Sequence record: DRR378314_797
DNA: 43,803 nt
Direction: 5' to 3' (one strand)
The notes below the pieces were generated by a model, which was given only the letters and a program-made list of their open reading frames with translations, ran no database searches and was not told the origin of the DNA. A program made the position numbers and the translations under genes. This document shows positions 9,356 through 18,635 of this stretch, piece after piece; the first letter of the stretch is position 1, and the number at the start of each line of letters is the position of its first letter.

Positions 9356-10120
9356 ATGATATCTATTGTATTATTGGGAACTGGCAATGTTGCCAAACAT
9401 TTGTTCGATGCCTTTTTAGGTGTTGATGAAATAAATATGTTACAGGTAATTGGTCGGAACGAAGGCCACCTGGCCCATTTTAAGGATAAGGTTTCTACTG
9501 GAACGGATTTCACCCAAATTGCGGACGCCGATATTTATATGATTGCCGTGAGCGATGATGCCATTGCGCTGGTAGCACCTTATCTAAAGGAGAAAGAGGG
9601 AATAGTAGTCCATACGTCTGGAAGTGTAACCTTAAAATCGCTTGGACAGCTAAACAATAGAGGAGTCTTTTATCCACTGCAAACTTTTAGTAAAGGCAAA
9701 ACAATCGATTTTAAAAAGGTTCCTATCTGCCTAGAAGCTGAACATAAGGGAGATATGCACCTTTTAAGGAAATTGGCAGGACTCATCACTTTGGAAGTAC
9801 ATGAGATTACTAGCGACCAACGGAAATCGCTTCACTTAGCTGCAGTTTTTGTAAATAATTTTACCAATTATCTTTTTACGATCGGCCATGATATATGTAA
9901 GGACCATAATTTGCCATTTTCCATGCTAAACCCTTTGATTAAGGAAACCGTGAATAAATTGGATTATCTAGCTCCTTTCGATGCCCAAACCGGACCGGCG
10001 AAAAGAAATGATGTTAAGACTATGGAAAGCCATTTAATTCTGTTAAAGAATAAAAATAATCAGGATATTTACAGCTTGTTAAGCAAATTGATAGGAGAAA
10101 AATATGGACAAAAGTTATAA
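9356..10120 (+). CDS. Rossmann-like + DUF2520 oxidoreductase
   Basis: LLGTGNVA nucleotide-binding motif, AVSDDAI, HTSGS, FYPLQTFS, LHLAAVFVNNF and QTGPAKR. ATG 9356 is preferred over TTG 9350. Confidence 0.85.
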   Translation: MISIVLLGTGNVAKHLFDAFLGVDEINMLQVIGRNEGHLAHFKDKVSTGTDFTQIADADIYMIAVSDDAIALVAPYLKEKEGIVVHTSGSVTLKSLGQLNNRGVFYPLQTFSKGKTIDFKKVPICLEAEHKGDMHLLRKLAGLITLEVHEITSDQRKSLHLAAVFVNNFTNYLFTIGHDICKDHNLPFSMLNPLIKETVNKLDYLAPFDAQTGPAKRNDVKTMESHLILLKNKNNQDIYSLLSKLIGEKYGQKL

Positions 10121-10631
10121 GGAACTGCTTCAGGACATAACCACTTTTGTATTTGATGTGGATGGGGTATTTACGGATGGAAAAATTTTGATCACCTCTG
10201 ATGGAGAAATGTTAAGAACCATGAACGTCCAAGATGGTTATGCCGTAAAGGTGGCCATTCAACAAGGATATAATATCTGTATTATTTCCGGTGGTACCAA
10301 CGAAGGCGTAAGATTGCGTTTAAGGGGCTTGGGAGTTACCGATATACACATGGGGGCACATCATAAAATAGACCCTTTTGACGAATATTTAGATATTTAC
10401 AATATAAACCCACAGCATGTTCTTTATATGGGTGATGACATTCCAGATATTCCCCCAATGAGATTGGCAGGTATTCCTTGTTGCCCACAAAATGCTGTCC
10501 CAGAAGTAAAGGCAATGTCCAAATACATTTCCCACAAGTATGGTGGTGATGGATGTGTAAGGGACGTAATTGAACAGGTATTGAAAGTGAGAGGGCATTG
10601 GGCCGAAAATTTCAGCGCCAAGAACGACTAA
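10104..10631 (+). CDS. kdsC: KdsC-family HAD-IIIA phosphatase (KDO-8-phosphate phosphatase)
   Basis: FDVDGVFTDG, DGY, IISGG, YMGDDIPD and GGDGCVRDVIE motifs. Confidence 0.88.
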   Translation: MDKSYKELLQDITTFVFDVDGVFTDGKILITSDGEMLRTMNVQDGYAVKVAIQQGYNICIISGGTNEGVRLRLRGLGVTDIHMGAHHKIDPFDEYLDIYNINPQHVLYMGDDIPDIPPMRLAGIPCCPQNAVPEVKAMSKYISHKYGGDGCVRDVIEQVLKVRGHWAENFSAKND

Positions 10632-10634
10632 AGT

Positions 10635-11222
10635 ATGTCCAATAAAAAATTAAAGGAATATAAGGTTATACTAGCTTCGGCCTCTCCTAGAAGACAGCAG
10701 TTCTTTAAGGAAATGGAAATAGATTTTATAGTACATCCGATACATGTAAACGAAATATATCCCGATCATCTACAGGGCCCACAAATTTCAGATTATCTGG
10801 CAGAATTAAAGGCTGCTGGATATGAAAAAAGATTGGAGAACAGGGATATCCTCATAACTTCCGATACCGTGGTTTGGCATAACGGTATCTCTTTGGCCAA
10901 ACCTGCCGATCTTGACGAAGCCTTTTCCATGTTAAAGACACTTTCCAACGATTGGCACGAAGTAATTACCTCCGTTTGTTTAAAAACGAACAAAAGTCAA
11001 CAAACTGTGAATCAATGTACCAGGGTAAAATTCAAGGAATTGAGTCATTGGGAGATGGACCACTATATCCGAAACTATAACCCTTTCGATAAAGCTGGGG
11101 GCTATGGCATTCAGGATTGGATAGGTCTTATTGGAATTGAAGAGATCCAGGGATCCTATACCAATGTGGTAGGCCTGCCAACCCAATTGGTTTACAAAAC
11201 GTTAATGGCCATGGTGGGCTAG
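10635..11222 (+). CDS. maf: Maf family nucleoside triphosphate pyrophosphatase
   Basis: ILASASPRR, SDTVV, KP, DKAGGYGIQ and NVVGLP motifs. Confidence 0.92.
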   Translation: MSNKKLKEYKVILASASPRRQQFFKEMEIDFIVHPIHVNEIYPDHLQGPQISDYLAELKAAGYEKRLENRDILITSDTVVWHNGISLAKPADLDEAFSMLKTLSNDWHEVITSVCLKTNKSQQTVNQCTRVKFKELSHWEMDHYIRNYNPFDKAGGYGIQDWIGLIGIEEIQGSYTNVVGLPTQLVYKTLMAMVG

Positions 11223-11257
11223 GTTATTTTGAATAATTTTAGGAAAATTTAATTTCT

Positions 11258-12208
11258 ATGCAACGTCTGTTTACCTTCATTTTTGTACATATACTATTAT
11301 TTATGGTTCTTTTTAGCGCTTGTAAGGAAAATGCTAAAGAATCCGAAAACATTTCCCCAGCAGAAAATGACATGAAAATGTCCAAGACTAAACCAATAAA
11401 AACTCCCTTATCCGAGGAGTTCAAAGAATATTGGTTTGCGGGGAAGGCCGAAATAACTTCTTATAAATTGGAACAGGCCCGCTATGGTGAACTTAGGGAC
11501 GGAAGTGCGGTTTTAATATACGTTACCGAGCCTTTTTTGGCGGACAAACAGGTGAAGGCCGATCAATCCAACCCCAACAATATATCTGTACTAAAACTAA
11601 ACAGTACCAAAAACTTCTTAACAGGTATCTACCCCTACTCTATAATGAGCAGCAGTTTTTTTCCCGTATCGGATAATCAACATGCCATAAAATTTACCAC
11701 CTCCGTTCAGGAATGGTGCGGCCAGGTATTTGCCCAGTTGAACAACAGGGATAAATTTGAGGTGAATTCCTTTTCTTATTTTGAAAGTGAAGGGGATCAG
11801 ACCATAACATTGGACAAAACGGATTTGGAAAACGAGATTTGGAACAAAATAAGGGTCAACCCCAACAATCTTCCTATAGGTAATGTAAAAATGGTTCCCT
11901 CTATGGAATATTTACGTTTGGCACACAAACAAGTAAAAGCCTATGAAGCCCAAGCAGAATTAAATACTGAAGCAACTCTTAATACCTACAAAATTACCTA
12001 TCCAGATTTGGAAAGAACTTTGGAAATCAGCTTTTCCAAATCCTTCCCACATACCATTGAAAATTGGTCCGAAACATATAAAAGTGGGTTTGGCCCCAAT
12101 TCACAGACACTTACTTCCACGGCAACAAAAATAAAAACATTAAAAAGGGCTTATTGGCAGGAAAACAAAAATAGTGATGTATTTTTGCGCGACAGTTTAG
12201 GATTATAA
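11258..12208 (+). CDS. Conserved hypothetical lipoprotein
   Basis: Lipobox LFSA|C; YWFAGKAEITSY, GIYPYS and SVQEWCG motifs; 316 aa. Has no Maf motifs. Confidence 0.75.
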   Translation: MQRLFTFIFVHILLFMVLFSACKENAKESENISPAENDMKMSKTKPIKTPLSEEFKEYWFAGKAEITSYKLEQARYGELRDGSAVLIYVTEPFLADKQVKADQSNPNNISVLKLNSTKNFLTGIYPYSIMSSSFFPVSDNQHAIKFTTSVQEWCGQVFAQLNNRDKFEVNSFSYFESEGDQTITLDKTDLENEIWNKIRVNPNNLPIGNVKMVPSMEYLRLAHKQVKAYEAQAELNTEATLNTYKITYPDLERTLEISFSKSFPHTIENWSETYKSGFGPNSQTLTSTATKIKTLKRAYWQENKNSDVFLRDSLGL

Positions 12209-12213
12209 TTGCT

Positions 12214-12762
12214 ATGGAAACATTTTATTTGGAGTACAAAAATGAACTTTTAGGCACTGGTATATGTTTATTGGTCCTCTTGATATTAAAGTATTTGGGT
12301 ACCAAAGCAATTCAAAAAGTTGGTAAAATAAGTGATATTAATGAGGTACGTACGCGCTTGATCGTAAAATACTCCACTGTTGGACTTTCTGCTTTTGGAA
12401 TAGTTGCCTTGATTCTGATTTGGGGAGTACAAATGAAGGATATCGGCCTGGTTTTTTCTTCAGTTTTTGCCGTTATAGGGGTGGCCCTTTTTGCTCAATG
12501 GTCCATATTGAGCAATGTTACTGCTGGGGTTATACTATTTTTTTCATTTCCGTTTAAGATCGGGGATAAGATAAAAATAATGGACAAGGAAATTGAATTG
12601 CCCAATGAAGTTTATCTTATAGAGGATATAAGGGCCTTTCATGTGCATCTCAGAAGGAATAATGGAGAGCTTTTTACCTACCCCAATAATATGATGCTTC
12701 AGAAAGCCATAGCTTTGGCACAAACCTATGAAGACTCCTTGGAAAGCAGCGATGTTCTTTAA
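12214..12762 (+). CDS. Small MscS-family mechanosensitive channel domain protein
   Basis: Three TM helices followed by LSNVTAGVILFFSFPFKIGDKI and the YPNN motif. Confidence 0.85.
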   Translation: METFYLEYKNELLGTGICLLVLLILKYLGTKAIQKVGKISDINEVRTRLIVKYSTVGLSAFGIVALILIWGVQMKDIGLVFSSVFAVIGVALFAQWSILSNVTAGVILFFSFPFKIGDKIKIMDKEIELPNEVYLIEDIRAFHVHLRRNNGELFTYPNNMMLQKAIALAQTYEDSLESSDVL

Positions 12763-12840
12763 GTTGTTAAAGTAGTTGTAAAAATTACAGCCACGGATTT
12801 TATATCTTTATATTTGGGAACCAACTAAAACATAAATTAT

Positions 12841-15351
12841 ATGCGCCTTCCTTGGGTATTCTTATTTGGGATACTACTCTCATGCCAACTTATTGACGCT
12901 CAAGCACCAAAAAAAAATACATCTTCGGACATTTTTCATTCCATTCAAAAATTAAATTTTTTGGGTTCGGCACTATATATTGCTGCTCATCCCGATGATG
13001 AAAATACACGACTAATTTCCTATCTTTCCAATGAAGTAAAGGCTAAAACGGCCTACTTATCGCTAACCCGCGGGGATGGAGGCCAAAATTTGATAGGTTC
13101 CGAGCTTAGGGAGTTACTGGGAGTATTAAGAACACAGGAATTGTTGGCCGCGAGGCGTATTGATGGCGGAGAACAATTTTTTACAAGGGCCAATGATTTT
13201 GGCTACTCCAAGCACCCGAATGAAACCCTTAAGATCTGGAACAAAGAGGAGGTGTTAAGCGACGTGGTCTGGATTATACGCAATTTTAAACCAGATGTTA
13301 TTATCAATAGATTTGACCACAGATCACCAGGGTCTACCCACGGTCACCACACCTCTTCTGCCATGCTGAGCTATGAGGCCTTCGATTTGACCAACAATCC
13401 AAATATATATCCGGAACAATTAAAAAGCACGGAGGAATGGCAACCAAAACGACTTTTTTTTAATACCTCTTGGTGGTTTTACGGCAGTGAGGATAAATTT
13501 CAAAAAGCGGACAAATCCAAAATGATCGATCTGGATGTTGGGGTCTACTATCCGTTAAGGGGAGTTTCAAACAACGAAATAGCATCACTTGCCAGTAGCC
13601 AGCATTTGTGCCAAGGTTTTGGAAGATTGGCTACACGAGGCAGTGAGAACGAGTATATAGAACTTTTAAAGGGCGACCTCCCAAAAGACAAATCCGATAT
13701 TTTCGACGGAATAAATACTACTTGGTCACGCGTTGAAGGTGGTGAGACAGTTGGGAAAATTTTATATGAAATTGAAAGAAATTTTGATTTTGCCCAACCG
13801 TCAAAACACTTGCCACAACTTATTGAAGGGTATAAGGCCATTTTGAAATTGCAGGACGGGCATTGGAAGGAAATCAAGAAAAAGGAGTTGGAAGATATTA
13901 TCCAATCGGTATGTGGACTTTATTTGGAAGCAACCGCCTCAGAATCCAACACTTATCCCGGAAGTACTATTGATATTCATATTGAAGCACTGAACAGAAG
14001 CAATGCCAATATCAATCTGTTAACAGTTTCCACTGGCTCGGATAATAGTATAAATAAAAATATAGCCCTAAAGGAAAACAAAAAGGAATTGTTCCAAATA
14101 AATCTAAATGTTCCTAGCAATAAGGAATACACTAGTCCATATTGGTTAAACAGTAAAGGCACTACGGGAATGTATATGGTAAAGGACCAAAATCTAATTG
14201 GTAAACCGGAAACCCCCCATGCCTTTGAGGTGAATTTTGAAATGGAATTCCTCGGATTTACCATAAATATTAAAAAACCAATTGTATACAGATATTCCAA
14301 ACCTGAAAAAGGGGAAATATATCAACCTTTTGAAATATTGCCGGAGGCTACAGCTAGTTTCAAGGATAAGGTGATCATTTTTGCCAACTCCGAACCCAAG
14401 GAAATTCCGGTTACAATAAAAGCACTTAAAGATAATGTTAAGGGGGAACTGCAGCTGTGTTTTGGAAAAGGTTGGAAAGTTGATCAGGAAATAAAACCTT
14501 TTGAAATAGGAAAAAAAGGTGACCAACGAATATTACATTTTGTCTTAACCCCACCTTCAACTGAAGATGAAAATTTTATCTCCCCCATTATTAAGGTGGA
14601 TGGCAAGGAAATATCCAAAGAATTGATAGAAATATCCTATGACCATATCCCCAAACAATCGGTGCTCATGCCTTCCGAAACCAAAGTGGTTCGACTGGAC
14701 ATTAATAAGAATGGAGAAAACATTGGATATATAAACGGAGCTGGCGATGAAATTCCCGAAAGTCTGATACAAATTGGATATAAGGTTGAAGAAATAGACC
14801 CAACAGCTATACAAGCCGGATCCTTGGCCAAGTTTGATGCTATTGTTGTTGGCATAAGGGCCTACAATGTAGTGGATGAATTAAAATTTAAGCAGCGTTA
14901 TTTATTGGATTATGTAAAGGAGGGCGGTAATTTGATTATTCAGTACAACACAGCTGGCAGAAATGGATTGGACATGGAAAACCTTGCCCCCTACCCCTTA
15001 TCCATTAGCCGTGACAGGGTAACCGATGAAACCTCCAATGTAAGCATACTGGCCAAAACGCATCCCCTTGTAAATTATCCAAATAAAATAACCCAAAACG
15101 ATTTTAATGGCTGGGTACAGGAACGTGGTCTGTATTTTCCAGATCAATGGTCCAAGGAGTTTACTCCTATACTTTCAATGAACGATGAAGGGGAACCAGC
15201 TTTATCTGGTAGCCTTTTAGTTGCACCATACGGTAAGGGGAACTATATTTATACGGGATTAAGCTTTTTCAGGGAATTACCGGCCGGTGTAACAGGTGCT
15301 TATAGACTGTTTGCCAATATGCTTTCCCTACAACAGGAAAGCCAAAAGTAA
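12841..15351 (+). CDS. Secreted PIG-L family deacetylase with C-terminal Ig-like and class I GATase-like regions
   Basis: Signal peptide IDA|Q; AAHPDDE, TRGDGGQN, DFGYSK and HGHH motifs; C-terminal VGIRAYN, WVQERGLYF and LSFFRELPAG. A TATATTTG -7 element lies at 12809-12816. Confidence 0.87.
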   Translation: MRLPWVFLFGILLSCQLIDAQAPKKNTSSDIFHSIQKLNFLGSALYIAAHPDDENTRLISYLSNEVKAKTAYLSLTRGDGGQNLIGSELRELLGVLRTQELLAARRIDGGEQFFTRANDFGYSKHPNETLKIWNKEEVLSDVVWIIRNFKPDVIINRFDHRSPGSTHGHHTSSAMLSYEAFDLTNNPNIYPEQLKSTEEWQPKRLFFNTSWWFYGSEDKFQKADKSKMIDLDVGVYYPLRGVSNNEIASLASSQHLCQGFGRLATRGSENEYIELLKGDLPKDKSDIFDGINTTWSRVEGGETVGKILYEIERNFDFAQPSKHLPQLIEGYKAILKLQDGHWKEIKKKELEDIIQSVCGLYLEATASESNTYPGSTIDIHIEALNRSNANINLLTVSTGSDNSINKNIALKENKKELFQINLNVPSNKEYTSPYWLNSKGTTGMYMVKDQNLIGKPETPHAFEVNFEMEFLGFTINIKKPIVYRYSKPEKGEIYQPFEILPEATASFKDKVIIFANSEPKEIPVTIKALKDNVKGELQLCFGKGWKVDQEIKPFEIGKKGDQRILHFVLTPPSTEDENFISPIIKVDGKEISKELIEISYDHIPKQSVLMPSETKVVRLDINKNGENIGYINGAGDEIPESLIQIGYKVEEIDPTAIQAGSLAKFDAIVVGIRAYNVVDELKFKQRYLLDYVKEGGNLIIQYNTAGRNGLDMENLAPYPLSISRDRVTDETSNVSILAKTHPLVNYPNKITQNDFNGWVQERGLYFPDQWSKEFTPILSMNDEGEPALSGSLLVAPYGKGNYIYTGLSFFRELPAGVTGAYRLFANMLSLQQESQK

Positions 15352-15373
15352 AAAACAAATAACAAGAATAGTT

Positions 15374-15475
15374 ATGTTCGAGAAATTTGATTGGAAAAAA
15401 GAGTATACGCTAGTAATAGTGCTCAATATTATCTACATAATTGTTTTTTATTTAATAATGACCGGAAACCGATAA
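15374..15475 (+). CDS. 33-aa single-TM microprotein (MFEKFDWKKEYTLVIVLNIIYIIVFYLIMTGNR)
   Basis: ATG 15374 to TAA 15475 fills the intergenic gap and ends 1 nt before the symporter ATG. It has a charged N-terminus and an ~18-residue hydrophobic helix. Confidence 0.7.
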   Translation: MFEKFDWKKEYTLVIVLNIIYIIVFYLIMTGNR

Positions 15476-15476
15476 A

Positions 15477-17183
15477 ATGGCTGCAATAGATTGGATCATA
15501 CTTGTCGGAACCCTTATGTTCATTGTTGGATATGGTGTTTGGAGAACAAAGGGAAGTAAGAATGTAACGGACTATGTTCTTGGTGGTCACGATGCCAAAT
15601 GGTGGACCATAGGACTATCCGTAATGGCAACCCAGGCCAGTGCCATTACATTTTTGTCCACTCCCGGACAGGCCTTTCATGATGGAATGGGGTTTGTTCA
15701 GTTTTATTTTGGCCTGCCATTGGCCATGATTATAATATGTCTTGTTTTTGTTCCCATATATCACAGGCTTAATGTATATACCGCCTATGAATTTTTGGAA
15801 AACCGCTTCGACCTTAAAACAAGGACCCTGGCAGCATTGTTATTTTTAATTCAACGCGGTCTTGCTGCCGGGATTACCATTTTTGCTCCTTCAATTATTC
15901 TTTCCGCTGTATTGGGCTGGGACTTAAAAACCTTAAATATTCTTATAGGTATCCTTGTTATCATTTATACAGTTTCTGGTGGTACCAGGGCTGTGAGTGT
16001 TACACATAAACAACAAATGTTTATTATAATGACAGGAATGTTTATCGCATTCTTTTTTATACTTGGTTATTTACCGGAGGACATTACTTTTAGCAAGGCC
16101 CTGAAAATTGCCGGGGCAAGTGATAAATTGAATATTTTGGACTTTAGCGTCAATACCACAAGCCGTTATACCTTTTGGAGCGGAATTACAGGTGGACTTT
16201 TTCTTGCCTTGGCCTACTTTGGGACGGACCAGAGTCAGGTGCAAAGATATCTCTCCGGAAAAACTGTGAGGGAAAGTCAACTTGGATTAATTTTCAATGG
16301 ATTGCTAAAAATACCAATGCAATTCTTTATTTTACTAGTGGGAGTAATGGTATTTATTTTTTTTCAATTCAACCATTCTCCTTTAAACTTTAATCCGGCT
16401 GCTACCAATGCCATAATGGAATCTTCCTATTCGGAAGACTATAAGATATTGGAAGAAGAACATTTGGTTTTGGAGAGTGAAAAAAGAATGGCCCAGAATA
16501 AATTTTCCGGAGCCCTTGATCTTAAGGAGTACGATGCCATTGAAGATGCCAAACAACACATTGTAAGTATTAACAATAAGGATAAGGAAAATAGGCAGGC
16601 GGCCCAAGCACTAATTTCTATGGCCGATGAAAGTGTAGAGACAAATGACAAAGATTATGTTTTTATTCATTTTATTTTAAATTTTCTGCCCAAAGGACTT
16701 ATTGGTCTTTTATTGGCTGTGATACTTTCAGCTGCAATGTCCTCTACGGCCTCTGAATTAAATGCTTTGGGAACGGTTACATCTTTGGATTTGTACAAAC
16801 GAAATAAGAAAGGTGAATTTACACAGGCACATTATGTAAAGGTATCAAAGTTATTTACCCTTATGTGGGGCGCTGTAGCCATTGCAATTGCTTGTGTGGC
16901 CAACCTATTTGATAATCTCATTCAATTGGTCAATATTATAGGGTCTATTTTTTATGGGAATGTTCTAGGTATTTTTCTGATCGCCTTCTTTTTTAAATTT
17001 ATAAAGGGCAATGCGGTTTTTGTAGCAGCCTTAATAACACAGTGCATCGTAATTATTGGCTGGAGTTACGATTGGATGTCCTATTTGTGGTTAAATGCTT
17101 TCGGATGTTGCCTAATAATAGTATTGGCTACAATATTGGAAGGTTTTGATCGTCTTCTTAAAAATCCTCCTATAGAAGCATAA
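15477..17183 (+). CDS. Sodium:solute symporter (SSS/SLC5 family)
   Basis: SVMATQASAITF, TAYEFLENRF, YTVSGGTRAV, GTDQSQVQRYL and AAMSSTASELNAL motifs. Confidence 0.93.
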   Translation: MAAIDWIILVGTLMFIVGYGVWRTKGSKNVTDYVLGGHDAKWWTIGLSVMATQASAITFLSTPGQAFHDGMGFVQFYFGLPLAMIIICLVFVPIYHRLNVYTAYEFLENRFDLKTRTLAALLFLIQRGLAAGITIFAPSIILSAVLGWDLKTLNILIGILVIIYTVSGGTRAVSVTHKQQMFIIMTGMFIAFFFILGYLPEDITFSKALKIAGASDKLNILDFSVNTTSRYTFWSGITGGLFLALAYFGTDQSQVQRYLSGKTVRESQLGLIFNGLLKIPMQFFILLVGVMVFIFFQFNHSPLNFNPAATNAIMESSYSEDYKILEEEHLVLESEKRMAQNKFSGALDLKEYDAIEDAKQHIVSINNKDKENRQAAQALISMADESVETNDKDYVFIHFILNFLPKGLIGLLLAVILSAAMSSTASELNALGTVTSLDLYKRNKKGEFTQAHYVKVSKLFTLMWGAVAIAIACVANLFDNLIQLVNIIGSIFYGNVLGIFLIAFFFKFIKGNAVFVAALITQCIVIIGWSYDWMSYLWLNAFGCCLIIVLATILEGFDRLLKNPPIEA

Positions 17184-17419
17184 TACTTTTCTTTATGTCA
17201 TTTGTTTTGGTTTTGCAGTAATACCTAAAGACAAACTAGCACCTTTCCATTTTTCCTGGATATAAGTAGGTTTGATGGTTAGTTAATACCTAATATTATT
17301 CAAGTGCACGAAAATTTTAGGTAATTTCTAAGGAATATTTCTATATTTAATGTTAGCAAACTGTTAAGAGTTTATTTATATGCCAAAAATTAAATCCTGT
17401 TCTCGGGTCAACTACTAGC

Positions 17420-18460
17420 ATGATTAAGGAGAAATATACGATAAAGGACATTGCCCAAATGGCAGGTGTTTCCAAGGGAACAGTAGATAGGGTATTGCAC
17501 AAACGAGGCAAGGTTTCCAAAAATGCTTTTGAAAAAGTTGATAAGGTACTTAAGGAAATAGACTACAAACCCAATCCCATTGCCAGGAATCTCAAGAGAA
17601 ACAAAACCTATAGTATACATGTTCTACTTCCGGATCCCAATAATGATCCATATTGGATTCCTGCCAATGAAGGAGTTTTGGAAGCCTCCGACCAATTCAC
17701 CCCTTTTGGTATAATAATCAGGAAGTATTTTTATGACCCTAGAAATAAATCATCTTTTGTAGAACATTCTCAGGAAGCTATTAAATCACGTCCCGATGTT
17801 CTTTTAATGGCTCCCATTTTTGAAAATGAATCTCAATTGGTTTTAAAAAGGTGTTCCGAGACCAAAATTCCGGTAGTTCTCTTCAACAACCATATAAATT
17901 GCTTTAAAGAACAAATTTTTATTGGTCAGGATCTAAAACAAAGTGGTAGGGTTGCAGCAAGTTTAATGGAGAAAATAATTGGAAAGAATGATGAAATAGC
18001 CATCATCCATATCAATAAAGAACCACACATGCAATCAAAGGAAAACGGATTTATAGAATTTTTTACAGAAAAGTCGGATGGCGATCACATTATGGTTTCA
18101 AAAACTTTTAATTCCGCTGAAGAAAACATTTTTAAACATGAAGTATCCCAATTTATAAAAGACAACCCCAAAATCAATGCCTTTTTTGTAACCAATTCAA
18201 AGGCATATATGTTGGTAGAAGCCTTTCAAGATCTTAAAAAAGATGACAGTTCTATAATAGGTTACGATTTATTAAACCCCAATATTAAGTACCTGAAACA
18301 GGGGAATATCAAATTTTTAATACACCAAAAACCAAAAAGGCAGGCTTTTCTGAGCGTTAATTATTTGGCCGAACATTTCCTATTCGGAAAACCTTTACCC
18401 GCACAGGAATTTCTTCCTATAGATATTATCACCACAGAAAATGCCCATTATTACCTTTAA
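17420..18460 (+). CDS. LacI-family transcriptional regulator
   Basis: HTH YTIKDIAQMAGVSKGTVDRVLH, hinge YKPNPIARNL, and a periplasmic-binding-protein-like C-domain (IIGYDL, LIHQKP). Confidence 0.93.
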   Translation: MIKEKYTIKDIAQMAGVSKGTVDRVLHKRGKVSKNAFEKVDKVLKEIDYKPNPIARNLKRNKTYSIHVLLPDPNNDPYWIPANEGVLEASDQFTPFGIIIRKYFYDPRNKSSFVEHSQEAIKSRPDVLLMAPIFENESQLVLKRCSETKIPVVLFNNHINCFKEQIFIGQDLKQSGRVAASLMEKIIGKNDEIAIIHINKEPHMQSKENGFIEFFTEKSDGDHIMVSKTFNSAEENIFKHEVSQFIKDNPKINAFFVTNSKAYMLVEAFQDLKKDDSSIIGYDLLNPNIKYLKQGNIKFLIHQKPKRQAFLSVNYLAEHFLFGKPLPAQEFLPIDIITTENAHYYL

Positions 18461-18521
18461 TTAGGTTGCCTGTGAGGAATACATTCCAACTTCGACCTTA
18501 TAAAAATTAAGGTTTTATTTG

Positions 18522-18537
18522 ATGTGCTCGAACACAT
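18522..18537. promoter_or_regulatory. Putative LacI-family operator ATGTGCTCGAACACAT
   Basis: 16-bp near-perfect palindrome (one mismatched pair) with a central CG. It sits just upstream of a candidate promoter TTTG(18552-55)-N19-TAATTTCA(18575-82) for susC. Confidence 0.7.
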
Positions 18538-18635
18538 TAACACCAAAACTATTTGTTTTATTAAAAAAAAAGATTAATTTCACTCTTAACTTAATATTAA
18601 CAAACAACTAATTTATTAACTCAAACAATTTTATT

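Noticed and set aside
11258-12208. Second Maf protein
   Set aside because: No Maf motifs, and it is a lipoprotein; only adjacency to maf suggests the name.
18495-18520. ACCTTA...TAAGGT hairpin plus T-run after lacI
   Set aside because: A 6-bp AT-rich stem is too weak to call a terminator with confidence.
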